64,000 bases of DNA from Chiloscyllium plagiosum (taxonomy: Eukaryota), in NCBI RefSeq assembly GCF_004010195.1, contig NC_057718.1, positions 3,688,917-3,752,916 of the forward strand. Reading direction: 5' to 3'. How positions within the stretch are numbered: the stretch's first letter is position 1; the number at the start of each line of letters is the position of its first letter. The notes beneath the pieces are model-generated. The model ran no database searches. It saw nothing but the letters and a program-made list of their open reading frames with translations, and was not told the DNA's origin. This document shows positions 25,401 through 38,300 of this stretch, piece after piece. Both the position numbers and the translations under genes were made by a program.

Positions 25401-25609
25401 TTTTTTTCAGTGCGTCTTGCTGCGCGATGGTTCCCTGTTGATTCGGTGGATTCTGGCCCAGCCCCCTCTTTTTTATAGAACATTGAGTGACTCTTCCACA
25501 ACAAAGGCTGCAGAGGAACGGTTGAACTGTTTGCAGTTTTCCAACCAAGAGCGATACAAACAATTGGAAGAGAAATATCAACAAATTAAGAGAGTTGACA
25601 TTGCATTGG

Positions 25610-26480
25610 GAGTATAACATGGGGAAAATTTGCAACTGTCCAGTTGGAAAGGAGAACCATGGGACAAGGAATTATTTTAATGGAGAAAATCTGCAGAAAG
25701 CTGCAACACAACAGGACTTTGGGTTAGCTGTCCATGAAACTCTGAAAGCTAGCAAACAAGGGCAGCAGGTAATCAGGAAAACGGAGGGAATTTTGGCCTT
25801 TATTACAAAGGGGGTTGGAGTGTAAGAATAGGGAACTTTTAGTGCAACTGTACAAGGGGCTGGGGAGATCATGTTTTGAGTACTGACAGCAGTTTTGGTC
25901 CCTTATTAAAATAAAGTTATCATTTCATTGCAGGCAGTTCAGAGAAGGCTCATTGGGATAATCCTTGGGATGGGAGGGATTGATTGTCTTTTGAACAAAG
26001 GCTAAACAGGTTGGAGCTCTACTCACTGGGGACTGGAAGAATGAGAGGTGATCTCATTGAACCCTATCAGATTATTAAGGGGCTTGGCAGGTGAATGCTG
26101 AGAGGATGGTTCCCCTCATGGACAGTCTCATGTCAGAGGGCTTCATCTCAGAATAAGGCAGCACCAGTTTAAGATTGAGATGAGGAGGAAATTCTTCTCT
26201 CAGAGGGTTGTGAGACTTTGGAGCTCCTTACCACAAAGACTTGTGTGGGCAGAATCTTTGTGTATATTTAAGGCTGGGCTTGATAGTTTCTTGATGAGTT
26301 TCTAGGAAAGGGCAGAAATGCAGGTGGATAGGTTTTTCATCAATCAGGGATTCAAGGGTTATGTGGGAAATGTAGGAATGTGGATGTGGAGATATCAGAG
26401 CAGCCATGACCTTACGGAATGGTGGAAAGGCTTGAGGGGCAGAATGGCCGACTCCTGTTCCTTTTTCAAATTGTCTTATA
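25610..26480 (+). mobile_element. CR1 LINE 3' fragment
   Basis: RT C-terminal motifs and the CR1 3' UTR. Confidence 0.8.
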
Positions 26481-26549
26481 GGTTTATATTCTACAATGGA
26501 CAGAGGGATTTTAAAGTAATAAAGGAAAAAGACTAGAAACAAAAAATGA

Positions 26550-26847
26550 ATCATAGAATCCCTACAGGCCCTTCAGCCCAACAAGTCCACACCTACCCTC
26601 GAAGGTGTAATGCACCCAGACCCATTCCTCTACCCTATTGCTCTACATTTACCCCTGAGTAATGCACCTAACCTACACAGCCCTAAACACTATGAGCAAT
26701 TTAGCATGGCCAATTCACCTAACGTGCATATCTTTGGATTGTGGGAGGAAGCCAGTGCAAACCCGCACAAACAGTTGTGCAAGGCTTGAACCAAGCCCTG
26801 GCGCTGTCAAGCAGCAGTGCTAACCATTGAGTCATCATGCCTCCCCT
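26550..26847 (-). mobile_element. HE1-type SINE (diverged)
   Basis: Similar to 20357-20664. Confidence 0.8.
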
Positions 26848-27259
26848 GATTGACATAAATTAACATGCTCCCATCTTCGTAAGACTGGACATGCCAAAGC
26901 CAATTGCTGAAAGTTCAATGGGAGACTGATTAGAATCAGAGGAATATCAAAATAATTTTCAGACAAAGATACATCACAAAAATAAATAACTATTCTCACT
27001 ATAACGTAGAGCAGAGAAAACGTGAATGCTTTGAATGTACAAATGAGAGAGAAGGAAATCAGGACAGTCCAGAGAATTTGTTTTTAAATGTGAACAAGGA
27101 GAGTGAGGCCACCGGAGGGTTTGATATTTGAGGGGAGTATTTCCTTCAGCTTCAAAGCCAGGAGGTAAACCAAGAAAGATATTGAGATACACTGGAGCAA
27201 GTCAGTCCCTGATGCTGCCAAAAGATGCTGTTTATCTTCCAAAGAGATTAGTGAAAGTA

Positions 27260-29545
27260 TAAATATTAATTGGAGGCATTCATGTAGATTATGCAGAGTT
27301 GGATTAAAAAGTGACTTCAGCACAATTGAAATGTGGAACTTATGCAAGGAACAGCTACTGCATGTCCTTGATAAGAATGTACTTGTCAGGCAGGGAGGAA
27401 GTGGTCGAGTGAGGGAGCTGTGGTTTTTGAAGGAAGTTGAATTTCTTGTCAAGAGAAAGAAGAAGGCTTAAATTAGCATGAGTTGTGAAGGCTCATGATT
27501 GAGATTTACAAGTTAGCCAGGAAAGACCTAAAGAGAGCGAGAAGAAAAGCCAGGAGCGGACATGAGAAGTCATTGGCAGAGAGGCTCAAGGAAAATGCAA
27601 AGGCTTTTTACAGATATATCAGGAATAAAAGAATGACTAGAGTAAGGCTCATGATTGAGATTTACAAGTTAGCTAGGAAAGACCTAAAGAGAGCGAGAAG
27701 AAAAGCCAGGAGGGGACATGAGAAGTCATTGGCAGAGAGGCTCAAGGAAAATGCAAAGGCTTTTTACAGATATATCAGGAATAAAAGAATGACTAGAGTA
27801 AGATTACAACCAATCAAGGATTGTTGTAGAAAGTTGTGCGTGGAGTCTGAAGAGATAGGGGAAGCATGAAATGAATATTTTTCATCAGTATTCACACTAG
27901 AAAAAATGTTGTCATGGAAAATACTGAGATACAGTCTCCTAGACTAGATGGGATTGAGGTTCATATGGAGGAGGTGCTCACAATTTTGGAATGTTTGAAA
28001 ATAAGTAAGTTCCCTGGGACAAATGGGATTTATCCTCAGATTTTCTGGGAAGCCACGGAAGAGATTACAGAGCCTTTGGCTTTGATTTTGATGTCATCAT
28101 TGTCTACAGGAATAAACCCAGCAGACTGGAGGATAGTAAATGTTGTCCCCTTGTTCAAGAAGGGACATAGAGACAACCCTGATAATTATAAATCATTGAG
28201 CCTTACATTAGTTGTGGGTAAAGTGTTGGAAAAGGGTAATAAGCGATAGGATTTATAATCATCGAGAAAAGAATATGTTGATTAGCGATAGTCAACATGG
28301 TTTTGTGAAGGGTAGATCATGCCTCACTAACCTTATTGAGTTTTTTTGAGAAGGTGACCAAACAGGTGGATGAGGGTAAAGCAGTTGGTGTAGTCTATAT
28401 GGATTTCAGCAAGGCATTTGATAAGGTTCCCCACAGTAGGCTCTTGCACAAAATACAGAGGCATGGTTTTGGGGGTTGTTTAGCGGTTTGGATCAGAAAT
28501 TGGCTAGCTGAGTGGTGGTTGATGGGAAATATTCATCCTGGAGTTTAGTTACTGGTGGTGTATTGCAAGAATCTGTTTTGGGTTCACTGCTGTTTGTAAT
28601 TTTTTAAGTGACCTGGATGAGGGCTTAGAAGGGTGGGTTAATAAATTTGTGGATGACACTAAGATCGGTAGAGTTGTGGATAGTGCTGAAGGATGTTGTA
28701 TGTTACAAACGGACGTAGAAAAGCTGCAGAGCTGGGCGGAGAGGTGGCAAATGGAGTTTAATGCAGAAAAGTGTGAGGTGATTCACTTTGGAAAGAGCAA
28801 TAGGAATGCAGAGTATTGGGCTAATGGTAAGATTCTTGGTCATGTAAATAAGCAGAGAGATCTTGGTGTCCAGGTACATTGATCCCTGAAAGTTGCCACA
28901 GAGATTGGTAGAGCTTTTAAGAAGAGATACAGTGTGCTAGCTTTTATTAGTAGAGGAATTGAGTTTCAGAACCATGAGTTCATGCTGCAGCTGTACAAAA
29001 CGTTGGCGTGGACATACTTGGAGTATCACGTACAATTCTGGTCACCGCATCATAGGAAGGATGTGGAAGCTTTGGAAAGGGTTCAGAGGAGCTTGACTAG
29101 GATGTTACCTGGACTGGAGGCAAGGTCTTACTAGGAAAAGCTGAAGGACTTGAGGGTGTTTTCATTAGAGAGAAGAAGGTTGAGAGGTGACTTAATTGAG
29201 ACATGTAAGACAATTAGAGGGTTAGATAGGGTGGACAGTGAGAGCCTCTTTCCTCAGATGGCAATGGCTAGCATGAGGGGACATAAATTTAAATTGAGGG
29301 GTGATAGATATAGAACCGATGTCAGGCATTGTATCTTTACTCAGAGAGTAGTAGGGGCGAGGAATGCACTGTCTGCAACAGTAGTTGACTCACTAACTTT
29401 AAGGGCATTTAAATGATCTTTGGTTGGACATACAGACAAAAATAGAATAGTGCAGAATAGATGGGCTTTGGATTGATGTCACAGGTTGTTGCAACAGTGA
29501 GGGCCAAAAGGCCTGTACTGTGCTGTAATGTACTATGTTCTTTGT
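27260..29545 (+). mobile_element. CR1 LINE ORF2, 5'-truncated, with an internal 156-bp tandem duplication
   Basis: WRIVNVVPLFKKG, YMDFSKAFDKVPH, DDTKIG, WQMEFNAEKCEVIHFG, and the 3' tail. Confidence 0.92.
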
Positions 29546-29949
29546 TAAATGCAGAGGTGAGTTTGTAGTGAGAAAAGTAAAACACATTCTGACAGAAGGA
29601 TTTTATTTTGTTTTGAATGACCTGGCATGTTCAAGAATATCAGCCTCAACATGTGCCGTGGAACAACCAGAGAAGATGAAATAAACTGAAATGTGACATA
29701 AGGAACATCCTGGATTTTATCCTCATTGTATTACCTCTAGAACTCAGGTTCATAGATTTAGAACTATGGAATAATAGTCCATGACCATATTGATTTGGAA
29801 GTTCAGTTCACAGAATTATCTTGCAAAAGTTTAATTTAACAGAATGAAGGTGAACAGAATGAGGCTGATAGGTTTAGAATATCTTCTTTAGCAGAAATGC
29901 AACCAATGGATCCTGAATTCAGAGAGTTCAAACAGCGTCCTCAGAAATG

Positions 29950-30165
29950 AAATCAGAAATCCCTTAGTGTTATTAATTGAAAGATAAAGTGTTAATGAAA
30001 AAATATTGTTCAGCCCAAATACCAGACGATGGGGAATGGATAGAGATCTGTTTGGTGGTCACTTCGTCTGAATTCTAGAATGAAATTTCACAAATTGATT
30101 CATGAAATCCTAATGGCAGGATTTCTTGGGATTACAAAAATGCAGCGAATTCAAGAAAATCATAT
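29950..30165 (+). mobile_element. Gypsy integrase zinc-binding remnant
   Basis: HEILMAGFLGITKMQ resembles GGYLGVRKTQ of the element at 37 kb. Confidence 0.45.
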
Positions 30166-30233
30166 ATTGATCTCCAATTCATTCAGTGGGCAAGAGGTTA
30201 TAGTTGGAGCAGATTGTTATGAAAACTATCTAC

Positions 30234-30567
30234 TGGTGACTTTGAGCTGGCTTCCTCTCCTATAGATCTTTCCCTGTACTGAGCAGTAATATACTCTAGC
30301 GTCACTGGGCTGCATATTTGTGATTGTCAGAATGAAGCTGTCATTGCAGGGATCTCTGGAAGACCGGAATCGTTCAGTGAATCTTGTGTGGAGCCATGTT
30401 TATCATGTGTTAAAATTCGCATCTTATGGCACCATGGTTTTTGATGATACCATTTAGCAGTGGTGTCTATCACTGTGACGTTTCTCAAGGTGCATTGTAA
30501 CCAGGCAGTGTGACCCTTGGTGACCCATTCCAGTTTGGAGACTGGAGAAGGACTGGAGGATTTTCAC
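30234..30567 (-). pseudogene. Germline-joined VJ exon pseudogene, subfamily A, copy 3
   Basis: ccctaaag|GT, then ENPPVLLQSP/LEWVTKGHTAWLQCTLRNVTVIDTTAKWYHQKP.../FTERFRSSRDPCNDSFILTITNMQPSDARVYYCSVQGKIYRRGSQLKVT a|gtagat. Two frameshifts. Confidence 0.93.
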
Positions 30568-30729
30568 CTTTAGGGAAGAAAACCACGAGAATTTCAGAAT
30601 CAATTCTCCAGGTTACAGTGTGCTGTCAATTGTTCAAAGAGACAGTATTAATTAGGGAAGAGTTTAAGATTGAACCAGTGGAGTTGAAGCAGATCAATCA
30701 AACCATGTTTGAGTAATTAAATATCTTAC

Positions 30730-30787
30730 ATGACTATTAATGTAAATATTTGAAGAGGTACAGCTGGGTCAGAGTATAGAATGACAT
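30730..30787 (-). pseudogene. Leader exon of V copy 3 (in-frame stops)
   Basis: ATG TCA TTC TAT ACT CTG ACC CAG CTG TAC CTC TTC AAA TAT TTA CAT TAA TAG TCA T|gtaag. 58 nt, phase 1, with a 162-nt intron to the V acceptor. Confidence 0.6.
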
Positions 30788-30967
30788 TGAACCAGACTCT
30801 TCACAATCCTCCCAGTGCCATGTACACATTGCCTTACTGAGCGTAATTCACTCTCCAGCCAGTATTCTGCTCTGGGGACTGGTGTGAATGATGATCCCTC
30901 TGAGGAGACTAGTCAATATTACCATAGGACTATATCAGGGACTTATGATGTTGATTGAAAAAGTGCA

Positions 30968-31660
30968 TGTTATGAAGATGTGGGTGCACTTTCCTTTTAG
31001 AAAGTTAAAAACTAGCACCCATTGTTCTGAACAGGATACAATGTCACCTTTTGGTTCAGCAGCTAGAGTAGCTGGTTGCCTGGAGACAAAGACAAATTTG
31101 AATAATGCCAATCATTTAAATTATAGTAAAAAAAACAAACTCCAATCAAGTTTGAATTTAGTAAATTGACAATACTAAAAGCCAATGTCACAATCCAATG
31201 CTCTGAGAGTACAAGACCAGGAAAAATCAAAAAGTTGGGAGAGAACTGCCAAAAGACCAACAATTGTAGGCTGCTAGTCAGAACTCTCTGAGAGGGACCT
31301 GTCTAGAGAAGGAGATTGCACAGAGAAAAGCATCAACACTGACCTGGAGAGCAAATCTGCAGAGGAAGATGTAAAGAGAAGATTCAACAGCTGACTGGTC
31401 TTGAAATTTGGATTTTTCAGTAAATCTTAACCGAGGGTCTTGTCGGGCTAGTATTATAGAAGGAAAAGTAAAAGATAGGTTAGAGGAAGTTGTAATAATT
31501 GTTAGTTAATTAATCTTTGTATACTTTAAGAAATACTGTTGTAATTTTTACTTTAAAAATTTCTTGGCCTCTCAAACTTTCATAGATTACTGCATGGGAT
31601 AAATCTTTTCTGTGTTACCAGTTTAAGTTAAGCAGGAAGGTTTACCCTGTGACGTAAAAC
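30968..31660. mobile_element. Probable solo LTR
   Basis: Starts tgttatgaag and shares its ends and internal motifs with 53215-53972. Confidence 0.55.
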
Positions 31661-32224
31661 CATATATACAGTGCCCCGCTGAGTGTAACTCACTCCCCAG
31701 CCAATATTCTGCTCTGGGGATTGGTGTGAATGATGATCACCCTGGGGAAACAAGTCAATATTACCATGGGAACCCTAGCTATATCAGGGGCTTATTATAT
31801 TCATTGAAAAAGAGCATCACAATGGATTCAATGTGCAGAGGAATAGAAAGGTGTTGCTGCACCCTCAGGAAGGCACCCATTGTTCATGCTATCTATCTGG
31901 TCCGACTGTCAGTGATGTTATCAAGTGACTGGAGAGCGCTCTGAAAGGGGTGAGGTTAAACAGTCAGCAGTCTCACTCCAAATATATTGCAATGACAGAA
32001 GCAGAAATAGGACCGTGCTCAAGCAGTCAGAGTTTAGAAAGCTAGGAAAGGAATCTGGATTTCCTCCTAGTACCATGGACAAGTGAGTAGATCAACAGAA
32101 GGAATAAACAGTTGGAAAGGTAACGGGAGAAATGGTGCAGGTGGGAGGACGATGTGAAATGTCTGCAACAGTGATCCTGGGGATTCATGAGAAGGTGACA
32201 CCTGGAGAGGACAGCAAGTTGCAG

Positions 32225-32732
32225 GAGAAAGTGAGGACTGCAGATGCTGGAGACCAGAGTTGAAAAGTGTGATGCTGGAAAAGCGCAGCAGGCCAGGCAG
32301 CATCCGAGGAGCAGGAGAATCGACATTTTGAGCATAAGCCCTTTTTCAGGAAGGGCCTAGGACAGCAAGTTGCACCTAACAAGAGCCAGTCTTTGTGAGC
32401 TGGTGCCTGAGGGGTATTGGTGGGGGCTGTGGATAAATTAACTTGGCAGGGCTCTGAGAATTAGAAGGAAAATGTCAGACAGGAGTCTCCAGTTTCACAG
32501 ACACAGACAGCTCGAAAGTACAAAGTCATAAGCTTTTGGGTGTATTCGGAGTAATGTCACAATGTCAAAATTAATGTTGATGTCTAAAGGGATTACTTAA
32601 AACTAAGAAAGTTTAAGCTCATTTGTCTGAAATGTCAATTTTTCTCCTCCTCGGATGCTGCCTGACTTGCTGTGCTTTTCCAGCACTACACTCTTGACTC
32701 TGATCTCCAACATCTGCAGTCCTCACTTTCTC
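32225..32732. mobile_element. Penelope-associated terminal repeats in inverted arrangement
   Basis: gagaaagtgaggactgcagatgctggaga... at 32225 and its reverse complement ending at about 32732. Confidence 0.6.
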
Positions 32733-32899
32733 ATTCAGTTCATTTATATGAATAATCAAGGGATAGCCTTTCGAGGCCCAAGCCTCTGAATACAGAAAGA
32801 GTTAGGTTAAATTTATCAACGTGATAGAAAAGGATATTCCCTTGGAGGTGAATATTGAAGAGTGCTGGTGTTAGAATAAATGGGATTTTATTGTTTCCA

Positions 32900-33650
32900 T
32901 GTGCTATACTGTAAATGGAAGAGCCTTGGGAAAAGTTGATGAGCAGAGAGATCTGGGAGTTCAGGTTGATTGTACACTGAAGTTGGCTGCACAGGTGGAT
33001 AGAGTGGTCAAGAAGGCATATGGTATGCTTGCCTTCATTGGACAGGGTATTGAGCATAAGAGCTGCAGTTCATGTTAAAATTGTACAAGACTTTGGTCCA
33101 GCCGCATTTAGAATACTATGTACATTATCAAAAGGATGTGGACGCTTTGGAGAGGGTTCAGAGAAAGTTTACAAGGATGTTGCCTGGTATGGAAGGTGCT
33201 AGCTATGAAGAGAGGTTGAGTAGGTTAAGATTGTTTTCATTAGAAAAGAGGAGATTGAGGGGTAAGCTGATTGAGGTATACAAAATCATGAAGGGTATTA
33301 GACACTGTAGATGAAGATAAGCTTTTTCCCAAGGTAAGGGGTTCAATAATTAGAGGTCACGTGTTCAAAGTGAGAGGTGAAATGTTTAAGAGGGGTATAC
33401 GTGGTGAGTACTTTACACAGAGGGTGGTAGGTGCCTGGAACGCCTTGCCAGCAGCGGTAGTAGAGGCAGGCACGGTAGCTTCATTTCAGGTATGTCTAGA
33501 CAGATGCATGAGTAGGTGGGGAGCAGAGGGATACAGATCCTTAGGAATTGGACAATAGGTTTAGACAGTGGATTTGGATCGGTTCAGGCTTGGAGGGCCA
33601 AATGGCCTGTTACTAGTCTGTAAATTTTCTTTGTTCTCTTTGTTTTTGTT
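32900..33650 (+). mobile_element. CR1 LINE 3' fragment
   Basis: LYKTLVQPHLEY...FTQRVVGAWNALP and a tail. Confidence 0.9.
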
Positions 33651-33883
33651 TTCAAATTTCATTGAATTAGTTTATATGCAAATAGTTCAGTTTATTCTAT
33701 TTCATCTGAATGTCTTATGTGTAATAAACTTCTGTTTCATTGTGAATACCAAATCTGGAGACTTATGTGCTTGTTACAGTGAAAGACCACCTCATTAGAA
33801 AAAATAATGATAACTGAATCCAACAAGTCAGATATAACAATTGAAAATCAGTACTACAAGAAAGAAACTGACCTGAGTATTGG

Positions 33884-34508
33884 TGTAAGATAAAGCAAGA
33901 TGGTCAGGTCAGGGATTCAGATCATGCTGCTGCAGCGAGATTAATGAGAATGGAATGAGGGGACAACTCAGTGAACTGAAAGGCTTGTGTGGTGTAAAAT
34001 TCCAAGCAGTGGAATGTGGTGAAACGGTTAAAAATTATGTCCCAATGCATGTGTGAATCTAACCGGAATGGAGGTGTTGCTTAGTCCTGTGTGAATCTTC
34101 TTGTCTGTGTGTAACCAGAGTGGAGTGTGTTTTTTAGCCTTGCTCTGCTGTTATTATCTGTATGTAACCAGAATGGAATGTGTTTTTCTGCTGTTCACAT
34201 GAATGTTTGTGTCTGGAAAGGAGTATATCAGCCGGAAAAGTCTCCAGTTCGGTGAGTCTGCTCCGGGGTTACGTTTAACCGCCGAGCGTGGGTTGTTGGC
34301 AACCGCTCTACGAGAACTGACGGCTCCCAGTTTTGGTAACATGTAGAGTGAGTATAAGCCAGACCCGTTGTAAGTACGAGACTGGTTGTGGTGACACTGC
34401 GGGGAATAAAACACTTATATTCTAGCAGACTCGCCTCTTGGCTGTTTGTTCTGTGTCAGACTACTTTCCTGCGAGCCTGGTCCTTGACCTTGAGAATTTT
34501 TTAAAACA
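33884..34508 (+). mobile_element. LTR-like element (TG...CA, CpG-rich)
   Basis: tgtaaga...ttaaaaca, with a TATA-like tataag at about 34353 and aataaa at about 34405. No target-site duplication seen. Confidence 0.5.
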
Positions 34509-35389
34509 GCTTGTTTTGATGATGATGAAGCATTCAGGATGAGCAAGGCAGGGGTTCAGGCAGATCCCTAACATATCTCATACAGACAGTAAGGGTGGGG
34601 AAATAGTCCTCTGGAAATCTTCAGAGAAACTGGAGGAATAAAATGTCTGTGGCTGAAAAAGCAGCAAGTTCTGGAGAACAGCCAGAAAGATATTATCACC
34701 ATAACGGAACAAGGCTGCAACCACAGAAAGGAGCATGTTTCCACAGTAATGACAAGAGACATACCAAAGAACAGAGAACAACACAGCACAGGAACAGGCC
34801 CTTTGACCCTCCAACCTGCACCAACACATTCACCCTTCCATACTAAAACTGTCTTCACTTTCAGGATCCGTATCCCTCTATTCCCTTCCTATTCATGTAT
34901 TCACCCAAGTGCTTCTTGAATGATTCTATTGTGTCAATTGCCAGAAAGTAAACAGGAGACTGATTGCAATCGCAGGAATATTGAAGGAATCTTCAGAGAA
35001 GAGTCATTGCAAAATTAATCACTGTTATGATAGGGTAGGACAGAGAAAACATGATCCTTTGAAAGTACAAATGAGGGAGAGGAAGCTCAGGACATTCCTG
35101 AGAATTTTTCTTTGGATATTATCAAGGACAGTGAGACCACTGGAGGGTCTGAGTATTGTATCTCAAAGGGGAGTATTTCTGCTTCAAAGCAAGGATATAA
35201 ACAAACAAATATCTTGAGAGGCTTTTGGGTATGTCAATCACTGATGCTGCCTGATGGTCCTGTTTGACTTCCAGAGAAGTTAATGAAGGAGAAAATTGTA
35301 AATGGAGGCATTCATAGGGATTACAAACCAGTCTAATTACACCAAAACAGATTATCAAGTGACTTGGTCAATGGAGATTTTGTAGTGGG

Positions 35390-38300
35390 AGGAGTGTAAT
35401 AAATTCTCGAAAGGCTTTGTGTGATCCGGAGTGGCTAAAATTGGGGAAGTTTTTAACACCGTTTTTAGACTGTCAAATGCCTTTTGACAGTCCACTGTCC
35501 ATTGAAATCTCTTGCCCTTTTTTAACAATTCTGTGAGTGCAACAGCCAAACTGCTAAAGTTCAGTGCAATCCACTTTCGTAAGATCCACTCAACTCCAGG
35601 AACCATAGTACTGCTTTTTCTGTCAATGGTGTGGGAAATTCCCCAATTTCTTTTGTTTTCAAATCGCATGGGGCCATTTGTCCATGTCCAATTACATGGC
35701 CCAGGAAGATGAGTTAGGCTTTGGAAAATCCACTTTTAACCATGTTTATCACCAAGTCTGCATTCTGAAATCAATTGAGCAATTCTGATAAATGCTGTAA
35801 ATATTCCATCCATGAGTGACTAAAAATCACCAGGTCATCTTTTTACACCGCACAGATGAGTAATCTGGTAATGACCTTATTAGTTAATCTCTGAAAAGTG
35901 GCTGGAGTATTTTTCAGACCAAATGGCATGAAATTGAACTGATATAGTCCATTTGGTGTTACGAAAGCTGAAATTGCTCTTGCTCTCTCTGACAGAGATA
36001 CTTGCCAGTAGCCTCTGAGCAAGTCCAACTTAGAAATGTAAGTTACTTGTCGCACTTTTTCGACACAGTCCTCCATCCATGGAATTAGATATGCATCAGT
36101 CTTTGTAACGGCATTGATTTTGCCATAGACCACACATAGCCATTGGGTACCATCTGGCTTTGGCACCATCACTGTAACTCACTTCAATTATGCCATCTTG
36201 GACAATACACTCTATGTCCTTCTGAACCTGTGCCATCTTTAGAAGTTTATGCCTATACGAATATTGCTTAATCGGAACAGCATCTCCTATATCGACATCA
36301 TGCACAATTAGTTTAGTACTTCCCACTTCATTTCCGCGTATCTTCCCATGTGATAGTAATAACTCTTTCAGGTCATTTTGATTTGTGGAAAGTAACTCAA
36401 TGATATAGCAGAATTTTTGACAACTACCTCATTGTCCAATTTGATTTGAGGAATGTCCAATTCAGAATCTTCTGAACTTGGTTCTTCTTTCTGTGCTCTA
36501 ATCATGAACACCTTCTCCTCTTGCTTTCCTTCCCTATCAAAATATCTTTGAACATATTCACATAACACACGGTGCAAGATTTCCTCCTGTCTGGAGTCCA
36601 TATTAAGTAGTTACCTCACTCAATTTCTTCTCAATTTGATAAGGTCAACCAAACCTTACTTCTAAAGGCTCACCTGTTGCAAAATTGGGAATTTGTGATT
36701 TCTCACTCACTTCCTGTTTCATTGTATGTTGTGATACTTTTAAATACTGTCTAGCCAACCCTCCAGCTCTATTTAATTGTTCTCTAAAATTTGACACACA
36801 GTCCTAATAGGTGTTCTGTGAATTCTGACTTATTAATTTCTCCTTAATAAATTTTAATGATCCTCTTACTTCATACTCAAAAATTAATTCATATTGGACT
36901 GAATTTGGTTGATTCATTCGGTGCATCTCTGATCATAAAAACTACAAACGGAACTCCCTTATTGCAATCATATGGATAATCCTGACAAAAAGCCCTCAAC
37001 ATGGTATTTAGTTTTTAATGCCATCTCTCTAGTGCTCCCTGCGATTCCAGGTGGTTTGCAGTCGATTTAAATTGCTTTATTCCCAAGTTATCTAGAACCT
37101 TCTTGAATAGTTTAGATATGAAGTTTGATCCTTGATCTGACTGGGTCTGTATTGGCAGTCTATATCTAGTTAAAAAAAAAGTAATTCTTCTGCAATCCTT
37201 TTAGCTGTGATGTGTAATTTGATTGCCTCTGGAAATTCAGTTGTTGTTAATAAATACTTATTCCCACTCTTTGTTTGAGATAGGGGAAGTACACAAACAC
37301 TCAAGACTCTTGTGAAAATTTCATCAAATGCAGGAATAGGTATTAACAGTGCAGGTTTTATTACTGCCTGTGGCTTTCCAATTAGCTTACATTTATGACA
37401 CATCTGGCAAAATTCAATTCCATCTTTGTGTAGTTGAGGCCAATAAAAATGTCTTTGGATTTTAGCCTGTGTTTTCCTCACCCCTAAATAACCTCCAAGT
37501 GCCACTCGCAACATCTTCTTTCTATACCCTACTGGCACAAACAATTTGATGAATCTCTACCCATTTGTCATCTGTTTGAATGTGTGTTGTCTCCTTTTCC
37601 TCATTAAGACATCATTTGTGAAGTAATAACACAGAGGAAGGCATTCACTCTCCTTCTCTACATTTGCCATTTGATATAACTGTTTTTAACTCCTCATCTG
37701 TCTGCTGTAATTCAATAAGCATAGTAGAGCTGAAGATACTTCCATGTTTACTTATTTACTCCTTCTCTGTTCCACTTATCTGATCAAAGACGTTTCGTAT
37801 CTGTGCCTTTTGATTTCTCCTGCTTCAGTTTGTGCCTCTGTGATCTTGCGATCACACAATCAGAGAAAATTCCTGGATAAAGGTCCTTCATTTATTCAGT
37901 TGACAGTGTCTCCACTGGCTTTTCAACTAGAGTAGGTAGCACAGCTAGCTGTGAATCAGCTATATCATTTGCAAGGACAAATTTTATTCCTGGAGCTGAG
38001 AGTTTGTCCAGTACTCCTACAACAAATTCTCCACTCTTCTCTGGACTCTCTGACCTCACTTAACATAATTGAGCACTTTTTGTCTCATGATGAATTCCTG
38101 TTACCATCACCTTTTCTGGCAATGGTCCCTTGGGAATGCATATCTCCTCATCCCTCAGCATTACAGACTGAGAGAAGCCTGCGTCCCTTAATATTGGCAC
38201 CTCCTTACCTATTGCTCCTGGCCTCTGTGAATAAACTTTCCCCTTGCATGTATATTTTTTAAGCAGATCTGGCACTTCCCCCTTAATCAATTTCTGAGCA

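Larger units (their letters stand above)
21708..25560 (+). mobile_element. Defective endogenous retrovirus (gag-pro-pol-env; epsilon/fish-retrovirus-like)
   Basis: CCHC knuckle CWGCNRLGHLKRDC (22653-22694), protease IDTG (about 22914), RNase H tail AIIQCQA...GNQATD (about 23540), integrase PGDQVYVR...EGPF (about 24350), and env TM. Confidence 0.92.
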
